In this document: positions 1 to 11,660 of the stretch, piece after piece | Position numbering within the stretch: the first letter of the stretch is position 1 | Layout: each line of letters opens with the position of its first letter | From: Octopus sinensis | Taxonomy: Eukaryota | Direction of reading: 5' to 3' | Length of the DNA: 64,000 nucleotides | Assembly (NCBI RefSeq): GCF_006345805.1 | Contig: NC_043009.1 | Span: forward strand, 32,426,001 to 32,490,000 | The notes under the pieces: generated by a model | The model's database searches: none | What the model was told of the DNA's origin: nothing | Seen by the model: the letters and a program-made list of their open reading frames with translations, nothing else | Made by a program: the position numbers and the translations under genes

Positions 1-26
1 CGTGATTTGTGTTGTGCGGGATATAA

Positions 27-99
27 TGTGTGTGTGTGAGAGAGAGCGAGAGAGAGAGAGTGAGTGAGAGAGAGCGGAGAGAGAGAGAGGGGGAGAGAG
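27..99. repeat. (TG)n-(AG)n compound microsatellite
   Basis: Directly visible dinucleotide runs. Confidence 0.95.
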
Positions 100-2009
100 A
101 ACATTAGAAGTACAGCGTTCACAGCTGAAATTTAGTAAAGAAAGACTTGTGATGACTGACCAGTATCAAAACAACTATAATGATGCTACCAACACTAGCA
201 AAAGCAAGTATGTCAGAGTTACACGAAGTCAACACTGTAGGCACTCAGTACGCTAGTAATAGCAACCAAACCCTTAAATCACATTGAAACATCAAGGTAA
301 ATGTGTGTAAAAAAAAATAAATATCTCAATTTATGAAAGGAATTAATATTTTAAGAAATCAGAGATCACCAATTTCATTTGTTTATAATCTTTAGTTGAT
401 CCTGAATCTAGGATCAAGGAATTCAGTGAATCATCAGCTAACTCGTGGTAATATTGAATCTAGTATCAATTAGGTAATCGAATTAATCAGAACAAATCAA
501 TAAATGAACGCGCATTTGCTCATAAATTACCAGATTTAATTCTACATGACAGCGCATCAGTGTGTTGTATTCGGTGAAGTTGTCTCAACTAATGTTATAT
601 TATTCTGTAAAGAAAACAGTGGTTCAAACGAATTATTCATCTTAGCTTATGCTAGAAGCCACTGAATCCTGGGGAAGCGGCTCAGTGAATTAATTATCTC
701 AGCTATTCTTAAACGATACTTAGTTAATGAGTAGGCGTTCTGTGAATTAACGGCCCTAGCTAATGGCATTTGAAACTGAATCAAGTACCTTCCGTTAATG
801 TTCGATGACACCGAATCATAAAACAAAAGATTTATTAATGAACGACCTCAGCTAATGCCGGATAGCAATGAATCAAGAATCAATAGATCCCTCAATTATT
901 AACAACAAAATATGTTACACTGGATCAAATAACAGCAGTTCAGTAACTTTTCTAGGATAATGTTTGGCTCTGCCGAATTAAGTTGATTCCCTGCCGTCAA
1001 TTCATCCAATTGGTCCCTAAATAATCTTTCTACAATAATAATTCGCAACAATATTTAACTATATAGTGTCTATGTTATAAATCCATGGAAAAATATATCA
1101 TTACATCTTTTATCAAAAATATTTTTTATTTGCAGCTTTCTGCAAGAAAATAACTTTCTTTTGTAATATTTTCAAAGCATATACATAAGAGTTTTATAAA
1201 TCTAATATTGCCATTTTTAAAGTTTCAAGTAGGATCTTTCACAAACCTTTTGTTGAAAATGATGTAACAATATTTTTCTAGTCATGTTTTATATGCATAT
1301 GAATCACATTTTTGCATGTAAATTGCACAATTGTGTTTAATATTTTGCATTTTAAACAATACATGGACGTATTTTTACTGTAATGAGAAAACAACAGAAA
1401 AAACTCACCTATTACATATCTCAAATTTTAATCTCTGTATGGAGCTTTATAGTTTTCTGTCAACGTTAGAAGAGTCCCTTTTAATTCACCCCATACTGCT
1501 GATTACACACACACGAACATCATACATGTATCACCTATATTATAACATAAATTACTTATGGATGAGATTAACACCGTGTTTTATACTATTAAAATAGATA
1601 CTACCTCAATTTCAAACTATGATATGTTTGTGGTGAAAGAATAAGCATGGTGTAACTACCACTCAATTGTATCACGTCGGAAACTTAACTACAACGGAAC
1701 ATCTAGGTCGTATGTCACTAAATTTCCCAGTCTGATCTGACCTTAATATTGCAAGGTACTGCTACCCAATATTATTCCGCTGAAATGGAATCTAATATTC
1801 CCATTTTTAAAGTCTCAATTTATAGGATTGTTCACATACATGAATAAATTCTAAGCAATAACATAACCTCAGATTTCATTAATGAAATTTTATCTAAAAC
1901 ATGTCTTCATGACAATCTACTCTAACACCTGATTCCCACTCCTCTCAAACCCACACACCTCAGGGAGATCTTAACTCACCAGGAACTATATAAAACCAAG
2001 ACCTACTTC

Positions 2010-2460
2010 AAGGGTTCACCCCGTCATCGTCGTGGGCTTTAATTCGTATCCGAGTAGTTGGTCTGAAGCGAGTGATTGAGCTTCTTCATCCTGATGGGTG
2101 CGATGGGTGCCGGTGCCTGAGATGGCTGTTCAGACCAATGTGGTATAGAAGAGCCGGAGGCATCATTCGCAGGGAAGTGTTGGAAGTGGACGAGGAAGTG
2201 CAAATTGCTGTTTGTGTGTACAACGTCTGATTCTTTACGTCTGTTATTCACCAAATTGTGCATTCTCTTGACGATGACATACCGCCTCTTTGGTTGGCTA
2301 TTTTCGTCCAGGCATATCGGTCAATGTAACAGTGGCTTAAGTACTCTATGTGAAATAGCTTCGTGTATGTATATTTACGACTGAAAGCATAATCCCAGTT
2401 TCCACACGGTCTTATAGAAATCCAATGGAAATTACAAATACGCGATTGTGTGAGAGATAA
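2010..2460 (-). mobile_element. RTE-clade LINE 3' fragment (decayed ORF C-terminus)
   Basis: Minus-strand translation across frameshifts gives ...YIDRYAWTKIANQRG... followed by TLPCE*CLRLFY/HIGLNSHLRHRH. This matches the CxxC...IGLxSHxRxH zinc finger that ends RTE/BovB-type ORFs. Confidence 0.65.
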
Positions 2461-2829
2461 TTCTAGAAATGAGGTTTTAGACAGCAACTGCTGTATTATA
2501 TAAATCAGGAAATCACACAGGATTTAGGACCACTCCTTGTTTTGAACATATTCAGTTAAAGATCTTAACTACACGTACTTTGGTGTATAATTACTGCAGT
2601 AAGTCCAGATACCAATCACTGTACCATCTTTAACAGTAGGAGATAGAATGGGAGAAGGGACAAAATAGAGTGAAAGAGGCAATCAAAAGTCTCAACTTGA
2701 TAATTCAAATTATCTGCAACGAAACAAATGTCTACCCCATATTTAAAATGAAAACCCTTGTTTTAGGTAATAAATAAGACGGTATTGTATCAGCTGTAAA
2801 TAAAATAACTGAAGTTGCACCATCATCGC

Positions 2830-3585
2830 CATATCATTGTGTATATGTTTACTTCAGTAATGGTAGCAGATGATCAACCTCCAAGCTAAAAGAATGGTTT
2901 ATACGCATCAACAAATGTAAGATTTTAAAATATAGCAACGCATTTACATCATTTATTTTAACCATGGCTAACTTTCGTGTGGAAATAATATTGTAGTTAT
3001 ACAAAGATTTATTATGCAACAGCACTGTTGGTAGTTTAATTACTGCTAGAAAAACTAATCAAATCATACCCAAAATATGTCTTCCATTCCTTAAGTGACG
3101 GACCTCTGCTGAATAATATTTTTTCTGCACATTTTCTGCACAAAGAAAGAACCAGCATGAACAACGTCATTAATTATGACATTCATTTCGAACGTTAGGT
3201 GTGACGTGCGTAGGAAGGCAGCGGCCATCATTAATTATAATATTAATGCCGTCCACTGAAATTCCAATAATAATCCTATAACCAATTAAACTAATTAATA
3301 CTGATGACATTACAGCTAAGAAGACTATGATAGAAAGCTTTTGATAGCATGTAGCCGCATTAGGAAATATGCTAAGACTGACACATGTTAGAGAGAAAAT
3401 TGAAGTTCCAACAGAGACAAAATGGTGACGTGGCTTCAATATATATATTTGTAGATATTTTATTGAACTGATTGTTAACATTCGTAGCATAAGAATTTTC
3501 ATAGAATGTTTTCTTCTTAACCTTTCATAATTAACGAATTTCGTTTCTCCTTGAGTGGTGAAAGCAGTTCTATACATTCTACACA
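2830..3585 (-). pseudogene. Putative decayed class A (rhodopsin-like) GPCR, copy 1; resembles peptide-receptor/srw-like 7TMs
   Basis: Ordered TM-like segments over ~770 bp: RLRRKHSMKILML (TM2, ~3523), HFVSVGTSIFSLTCVSL-SIFP (TM3 lacking ERY, 3424-3371), IIVFLAVMSSVLISL (TM4), GRCLP (EL2 Cys, 3226-3212), LMTLFMLVLSL (TM5, frameshifted), LGMI*LVFLAVIKLP (TM6, 3079-3017), LHLLMRINHS (TM7, 2941-2885). Several stops and frameshifts. Confidence 0.4.
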
Positions 3586-3589
3586 CGGT

Positions 3590-4900
3590 TACGTAATAGA
3601 GCTTGTTTTCATATAATTAATGCTACTAGTGAGATAATTTGATGAGGCATCAGACTTAGAAAAGAAAATGCATCATGCAGGGAGGTTAAATATTCATAGA
3701 GCAACAGAAATTTTCACATAAGTACCTTGCAAGATGCGGAAATAATAAAGTCACCCATCAAGATGTGAGCCTTCATAGTGTTACGCGTTTACACTTCAGC
3801 ATTGCTTCCTTTGACGTATCTTTGATTGTTTAATGTCATACAGATTGTCAGAATCGTTACTACGTGAGAGGGAATCGCTGGAAAATGTTGATATGGTCTT
3901 TAGTTTACTGCACTGAAATTTGTCAATCAAACCGAATTCAGAATTATACCCCTGTATTTGGAGGACGAGAAGGTGGCTTTCTGGCTGTTTCGTTAGCGTG
4001 CCGGACAAAATGCCTTACGGCATTTCGTCCGTCTTTACGTTCTAGGTTCAAATACCGCCGAGATTGACTTTGCCTTTCATCCTTTCGATAACATAAGTGT
4101 CAGCTGAGCACTGGAGTCAATGTAATCGAGTTACTCTCTTACCCTAAATTGCTGGGCTTGTGCCAAAATTGGAAACCCACATTTGCAGGTCGATAAATAA
4201 ATATCTACCATCAACTACTGGTGTGGAAATAATCGACTTTAATCTCTATCAAATCTTATGCTTCTGTGTCTATGCTAGAAAATATTATTTACAGACCTTT
4301 TAATCAACTACTTAAACATCATTTCTTCAACGAAATCACATTAGCATCAATCTTGCATAATGCTTAAAAGACTGAGTTTCAATTCCCAAATAGAGCAATA
4401 TATCAAACCAATTCCAGTTAATAGAGACAAAAGATGTTGAGAAAAAAGATTTAGCTGCGAAATGCAAGTTGTCAGCAATATACACTACCCCATAAATTAC
4501 TACTAACGTATGATTTGCCGAGCTTTGCAGAATAAGGACATGTGCTCCAGATATACTTTGTCTGACATCTTCGCTTCGTAACTCAATTGTAGCCACTTTA
4601 CTTTTCTTTTTCAACTTATGAAATGCATAAATTACCCAAAGTTTCAGTTCGCCGTCTCAATAAATCTGACACATTGGGCCTACTTGAAAGAGATCATTAT
4701 TAATACATGATTAATACATTACAGTAATACTAAACAACAGCGAAAAGATTCTTAATCATGTAGACAGCATCCTATAAAGATAATATGAATTACTGAATAT
4801 TCTCTGGCGATTATGTGTACTCTGACTAGCAGAGCATAACTAAAATATGGTCAATATTCCACAGTGACATTCTACAATTCAAAACATTGCTAATACACGA
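3590..4900 (-). pseudogene. Putative decayed intronless class A GPCR, copy 2, interrupted by a SINE in intracellular loop 3
   Basis: Motifs appear in canonical order: SPENIQ*FILSL*D (TM2 Asp at 4771), GPMCQI (Cys3.25, 4680-4663), NLCIS*VE (TM3 end, 53 in-frame codons after the TM2 Asp), VTKRRC...IW (IL2/TM4, 4582-4547), FVSINWNWFDILLYLGI (TM5), Ser-rich loop, KRVT..ILMGDFII/FPH (TM6, 3790-3737), SLVALII* (NSxxNPxIY-like TM7, 3632-3609). Confidence 0.55.
3972..4178 (+). mobile_element. tRNA-derived SINE family B
   Basis: A/B-box-like head (CTGGCTGTTTCGTTAGC...GGTTCAAATACCGCC), central GACTTTGCCTTTCATCCTTTCGATAA domain and tail shared with copies at 19664, 41848, 51429 and 57457. Confidence 0.85.
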
Positions 4901-7506
4901 CAAATATTTCACAGAGATAAATTTAAAGCTACTACTAATAAATGTTGTTGAAAAGTAAGTGTAATATCGCCTGCAGCAATCTTTCTGCTTCAAAATGTTA
5001 TACAAGCACACTTCTAGTTGTCTAAACTATTCCGAAACCACGGTAATCGTGATTGTGTTAGCCAGGATCCACTTTAACGAAATCCTTCATAAAGTGAAGA
5101 TACATCACACTTCAAAAATAACATTCACTGAATATTAGTTTCATCATTTAGCTGTATCATTATAGTAGATATGGACAAGATTTAATCTCGGAGAAAAATG
5201 CCCTGAATATAATTTTTATTATCTAGTAGTTTTGTCTGTCTGTATAATTCATTCCATGCAATTATGAAAACGTTGGGTCTTAGTGGTAAGCCAGTACAAT
5301 TGAACATTTAATCTTTACCTCGTATGGGTAGGCTATAATAAGCTTGGTTTCGTTTTACTTAAGTTTCTTACATTCAAACAATTTGAATTAATTTCTGACA
5401 GAATTTGGTTCGGGCTCATTTGCATGATTTTCTTTTATAATTGTTGCCAGGAAAAGCCAGGGTCTGTTCCCGAGTTCAGGGAAAATCTATTTATAGTGAT
5501 GGAATTCATGGCTGCAGATGTTCAACAAAATCGTGTACACCTCATAAGTTCCTCAAGTATTTAGATTTCTTGGAGCAGCTTAGTAAAACCGACAAGAAAA
5601 TTGTTCAATATCATTCGCCTATTCTGTATTTGCTGTTGTGTGTAAGTTACTTTCCTCAATGGCCATCACTTGCAATGTACTTAAGTTGTTTTCTTCCGTA
5701 TTCTCTACAAATATTGCATCGTGTGCTGCCCTCTCATTTATTAAGTGAAATATGAATTTATTTTCAACACCCTGAGATGTCATTTCTAATGTGTTCTTTT
5801 CTCAGCACTCAGTGGATTCTCTATTTAACAGCTTTGAGAACGTTGCTTTTCCTCTCACAAGAATGTTCTGTTATAAATATTGGCTTGCCTTTTTGGAATA
5901 AATAGTTAATGCATAGAGCTTGAGCTGTTGACATAATTTGTTTTTGTTATATGTCAGTATCTCGAATTCAGAAAATTCTGGTCAAGATCACAGATCTCTT
6001 AATTTAGTATATTTGCGGAATTTCAGTTTCTACACATTTAAAATGTTATTTTTGTGTTAGATTGTGATCTAAAGGGACATACGGTTCATACATTGTCCCT
6101 TATACAATGCTATGCACCGAGAATATTATAAGAGTCACCTTTACGTTTCTGGATGAATTCTAAATTATATGTGAAGTAGGATGTAGTATATTGCTGCTTT
6201 AGACTGAGTATGGGATCATTTGCTCCATGAATTGTGCATCAATGAGGTTAACACGGTTTTGCTTATCTATACTTATGTGGTATTTAAAGCAGTTTTGGTT
6301 TGTGAAAATTGAAGCTTTTCCCACATTGAGACTTATGGGGAGGTACTTATATTTCTATCATACAGCGAATATTTTTCTGAGAGCTACTAAACTTCTGTAC
6401 CAAATTGGAGGCAAATGGTGAAGTCTGTTTACTTTCTTGAGTACATATGGTATCCATTCATACATGCGTTCTCACGTCTTATAGCGTGAGTATTTGGTAT
6501 TTATAAATTCACATATATCTTATGGATACTGGTTTATTGCATACGGTATGGTCTTTCGATCTCTCGACTGGAAGAACACTAATATTCATTAGTGGCATTG
6601 CTCATACATGAGGAGTAGGAGGTATTCAGGGACGTGAGAAGCTGCCATCATGACTTTCATATCAGAAAATCTTCTTGATATATTTGCATAGGCGTAGGAT
6701 AACCCTGATCAGGCTCTTCTATTGCTTAGGACAACAGAGTGCAAGACGCTTCCATTTCCTTATTATGCACTATTTCCGCCGACAAACGAAGAAGAATATG
6801 ATTCAATGATGGCGCTTCTAGGCAGATCCTCGACCTACCACACAGTTCAGATCGGTTCTTTCCCTAACATGTAAAATATCAGTATTACTTTGTCTAAAAG
6901 ATGAAATGATCAGTATTTAAGTGGTGATCGAACGATATAGTTTGTGTTAGAATTGTTTATTGGCCTTTGCCGCTAGATGACACTATTGCTGCCATTCTCT
7001 GAGAAAATTTTAGCAGATGCTTTTTTCTTCTTTATTCCCGTTTCTTGACGCGATTAAATATCAGTGGTGCTAACTTTTAACGTCTTCTCTCAATGGTGTA
7101 CTTATTTTATTTTCTCTAAGAATCTCGCTAATACTGAGATGGAAATGAAACAATTATCTTACTAAAACAAAATAATAAGTCTTAAGATTCAAGAAAACAG
7201 CTGGATATTGGGGAAGATTAAGGGGTCCAAGATTGCGATTTCAAGAAAGAATAAGAGAAAAGTATTCAGTTCTGAATATATATTGAGGTTTTTACTACAT
7301 GCTGGTATCACATTTCTCTTCAGTCACCGAAGCAGTATCTCCCAGAAAGTGAAACAAACTCCACAGTGCCAAACATACTGTGCCCTTTCTCCTGCAGTAA
7401 AATAAATTATGACAGATCTTACAATCACGAAGAGTTCAAAACTTCGCAGATGTTCATTATCCTATAGCATAAAGTAAGATTTCTAAAGGAAATACAATTG
7501 GTTATA

Positions 7507-8744
7507 CGAGGTCCGTCTGAAAAATAATGGGACTGGTACCACAAACAATGTATTTCAACTTGAAGCAAACTATATGGTCTCCCCTTCAAAATAATAGGTC
7601 TTGAGTCTAATGCACGTTTCCATCCTTTTCTGCCGCGCATTTATACGCTGCCGGAAGGATTCCTCCGAGATGCCTCTCAACTTCGTTGTTACGGCCTTTT
7701 TGATGGCATCTGCGCCTTCAAAACGGGTCCCCTTGAGCTTGGGGGAAAGAAAAAAGTCACACGGAGCAAGATAAAGTGAACAGTGAGGTTCTTCTAGTAC
7801 GGTGATATTTTTCTCAGCCAAGAACTGCCGGATGCTCAGGGCTTTATGAGGAGGTGCATCGTCGTGGTGAAGCAGCCATGAATTGTCCTGACACAACTCT
7901 CGTCCCTTCTCGCGCACTGAGTGAAGCAAACGCCGCAGAAACTGTTTGAAGACTTGCTGATTGACCGTCTGACCGTGTGGCGAGAGGTTACTGTGGACGA
8001 TGCCTCTCACATCGAAGAACTTTTTACTTTGAGTGTCTCACTTTCTTCGGCCTCGGGGACGTCGGAGGCTTCCACTGACAACTCTGGCGCTTGGTTTGCG
8101 GGTTGTACTCAAAATTCCATATCTCATCACCAGTGATGAAGTTACGAAGCAAGTCTGGTTCAATTTGAAGACGTTCGGTAATGTCCTGACACACTGCATA
8201 CATTACTCTTTCTGATCATATTTCGGCAGTCTTGGCACCATTTCTGCGCAGACTTTCCTCATGCCTAAATTGTCACTGATAATCTAATAAAAAAAACTGT
8301 CTTTTTTAATGTCCATCTGACTTGCGATCATTAGAACAGCCAACCGGCGATCGCCACGCACCACCAACCTTAGCCGCTCGACGTTGACCTGAGTCCTGCT
8401 TGCTGAGTGCTGCACACCACTGGAGTCATCTTCCACCTCCCCACGCCCCTCTTTGAACTTCTCGTACACTCAAAAACACGTGTGCACGAACTACACGTAC
8501 CTAGGACCTTGCTCGCTGTTCATCGTTCCTTCCTCAGTGCTCATAACTGAACGAGCTGAACAAGAGGAGGGAAGAGGAGGTGTAAACGAGAGCATGGGAA
8601 GAAATATGCAATGGTTGCAAAAAGCGGAGTTTAGAGTTATTACTGACAAGATATCATGTTAGATAATAACCTTATCTGTGTATCCCTTATTCGCCCATAG
8701 CTCACACAGGACAAACACCCCTGTTACTTTTCAGAGAGATTTCG
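7507..8744 (-). mobile_element. Mariner (DD34D) DNA transposon, near full length, inactive
   Basis: Left TIR CGAGGTCCGTCTGAAAAATAATGGG after TA (7505-7506) and degenerate right TIR CCTGTTACTTTTCAGAGAGATTTCG before TA (8745-8746); about 1.24 kb; transposase remnant inside. Confidence 0.9.
7570..8523 (-). pseudogene. Mariner transposase pseudogene
   Basis: ITGDEIW (1st D), LLHHDDAPPH (2nd D), LAPCDFFL (3rd D), C-terminal YFEG and HTH segment YEKFKEGR...DD. ATG at 8523; N-terminal HTH deletion, stops and frameshifts. Confidence 0.9.
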
Positions 8745-9156
8745 TATTCAGTCGAAATTGGAAATCTCATTAATTGTGATATTCAATGAGTAGACAACTA
8801 ATGAGATAATGGCACAAGAGAAAACATTGGTAGCAACCTCGATCCATTCTTCGCCACAAACTAAGTTCTATGACATATTATCTTAATGTAAGTATAGAAC
8901 ACTGGCTGGAAGGTGTGTGTGTGTATTGTTGACGAATTAAGATTCAGTTCAATGTCGTACTTAAATCGAGGCACATTGATAGTTTGATATCACCTGCATA
9001 CCCCAACGTTATTATTTGAACACTGAATATCAAGACTCTGTGTAGGGGTATTTGAACCCAATATTCCTGTCATCTGTGTAGACAACGTGACCCAGCTAAG
9101 TGAAGATATCCGCTCTTGTTAATTCAGGTATGCACTTTTTATAAAGTATGCATGTG

Positions 9157-9193
<37 letters not shown>

Positions 9194-9200
<7 letters not shown>

Positions 9201-9288
9201 GTGAATTGAAGAAATGGAGCTGAACGCAGATTGAACAGAAATCGTTTTATTTCTGCGTTCAGCTCCATTTCTTCAATTCACCAATAAT
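9194..9288. repeat. Perfect inverted repeat, 37-bp arms, 21-nt loop
   Basis: 9194-9230 is the exact reverse complement of 9252-9288. Confidence 0.95.
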
Positions 9289-9440
9289 GTTTTAATTTCA
9301 ATTATCCGCACCAACGCACGGTTGCAACGCCAGATGGTTGTACCTCCAACCGTGCTGTTTACTGCTGTGATTTTTGCTACTAAGGTATCGGTTAAACTTT
9401 TGATTAATCTACTACAAGATTATTCATCTTTCTATTTCAC

Positions 9441-9442
<2 letters not shown>

Positions 9443-9520
<78 letters not shown>

Positions 9521-9532
9521 CATACATGTATG

Positions 9533-9577
<45 letters not shown>
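9443..9577. repeat. (TA)n microsatellite
   Basis: Visible run. Confidence 0.95.
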
Positions 9578-9580
<3 letters not shown>

Positions 9581-10350
9581 GAAATTTGTTACAAAAAGAA
9601 AATATAAAAATAAAAAATACACGTGGAAATGTAAGGGGTAAATATGAAAAATCAACGAAAATGCACATTGTAAATAAAAAAGGCTTTTTATGAAAGGTAA
9701 CGACAAATATATACATTTAGATGGACTGACGTCGTAATAAAAGTAATAAAAGTCATTATTATGAGATGATTATGAAGTCAGAAAACAATGCATACCATGG
9801 TTTCCATAAAGTTATTGATTGCTTTGAATACACCGGCTAATACACGGTGTCAGGTCTAATAGTTTCTGAGAAAAAAAGATTATTTGTAAGGGAGATAAGT
9901 AGTTCTGAATTTAGATATAGAATTGTAATGTGAATGGTTTATGGAGTGTATAGGCGTTAGTCGTTTAAATTGAAGGGTTAGTGCTGTCCTGTATGGAGTT
10001 GTGTGTTCATACTTAGTTGCGGGAGATATTTATTGATGAAAAATGTCTCTTTATTCAATGAAAAATGCCTCTTTGTTGCATTGTGGTGTTCTGTGAACAT
10101 TGATAGAAGGGGAAGATTTGGAAATTAGGATTAAGATTTCTGGCACACCTTTCTATGTGTTCACTCACCTTTAACTGTCTGAATTGTGGGTGGCGGATTT
10201 GCTCTTTGCGAATGGTTGTTCTTTCACGGAGTGAAATTCCTGTTTGTCCAATATATCGGTTACCACATCCTATGCTTGTCATGACATAGATTAGATTTTT
10301 TGAGGCGCAGGTGAAATTTGATTTGATCTTAAATATTTCTCCTTGTTTGA
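9578..10350 (-). mobile_element. Penelope-like element 3' part with GIY-YIG endonuclease remnant
   Basis: FTCASKNLIYVMTSIGCGNRYIGQTGISLRER...QIRHPQFRQLKVSEHIERC, then KETFFINKYLP after a frameshift (stop ~9978). This is a typical PLE C-terminus; both sides are microsatellites. Confidence 0.85.
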
Positions 10351-11477
10351 AGTGAAGTTCAAATATATATACATATATATATGTATGTATACGTGTGTGT
10401 GTGTATAAGTGGCAGTGTGCATATGTATATCCTAGGTATGATTTTGAAGTGCACCTGGTTGGGGAGGTCCGGTTCAGGTGTTTCAGGGTTATGTGTGTGG
10501 CTCTATGTATGTGTGTGTGCGTCTCTGTGTGTGCATGTGTGTGATTGCATATAAGCATATGCTGCATAGCCACCAAAGAAAACTATTAGAATTGTCCGTG
10601 ATTGCCCAAGAAAACATTCACAACACAATTTTATACATGGTAGTTAATTATTAATAGACGTATAGATGGGGACAATCTTAGTATTCCCAACCAATCATTC
10701 CATTCATTACTCCAAGCCAATTTTCAAATTTGCCTTTACATACAACTCATAGATATAGTCACGCGTAAGCAAGCTCGCCTATACGTATACAAACACACAC
10801 ACGCGCGTATATTACATATATATATATATTATATATATATATATATATTGTATACATATATACATTACATATATATATTATATACATATATATATTATAT
10901 ATATATATATATATGTGTTTGTGTGTATGTGTGTGTGTGATTGTGTAGACCCACACACACACGCACAAATACACACACACTCACACACACATATATATAT
11001 GCATTCGCAGTTGTAGCTCTGAGAATTTTTATGCTTTCACATCCAATATATTAAGTGGGTGTTTTACTGTCTTTTATGCATGAAGCGAACTTAAGCATGT
11101 GCAAACATATTTGCAGATATTCAAAAGACTATGCATAGCACAATACCAGCGTTTTGAACCAGTGTTTAACAAACCACAGGAAGCTTGTTTCTGTTGTCAA
11201 TAGTAACGAATACACGTTTTATTTTATTTTGCTTTGTGTTTTACGTAAGACGGTAGGTAGCTTTGTTCTTTATTCATGGGAGATATTTATAGCATATTTC
11301 CTTGAAGCATGACAAGACAAAGTTTTCAATTAGTCTTCTGCAAAAGAAATGATTATATAAGAGGAAAATGCACAGCAGATTTCTATTGTTCCATTCTTTA
11401 AAGGGTTTTGGATCAACATGTTGAAAAAAATAGGAAAAATATATCTTGTCTTATATTGTAGTAAACATTAATGCCAA

Positions 11478-11502
11478 TACTAGTAGTAGTAGTTGTAGTA
11501 GC

Positions 11503-11550
<48 letters not shown>

Positions 11551-11660
11551 TGTTGTTGTAGTAGTAGTGGTTGTGGTTGTGGTGGTGATGGTGGTAGTAT
11601 TAGCAGCAACAGCAATACTATTTCTAGTAATATTACTATCACTACAACTAATAATAATGA
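11478..11660. repeat. (TAG)n/(TGG)n/(TAA)n trinucleotide microsatellite
   Basis: Visible; source of the poly-V/S/T ORFs in the track. Confidence 0.95.

Noticed and set aside
1201-1837. ~40-bp similar segments at 1201 and 1791
   Set aside because: Short, AT-rich and imperfect, with no TSD or LTR-like structure.
5940-6110. Plus-strand NLFLLYVSISN and IVI*RDIRFIHCPLY as a possible third GPCR
   Set aside because: Spacing is 36 codons instead of about 52, and no further TM motifs were found.
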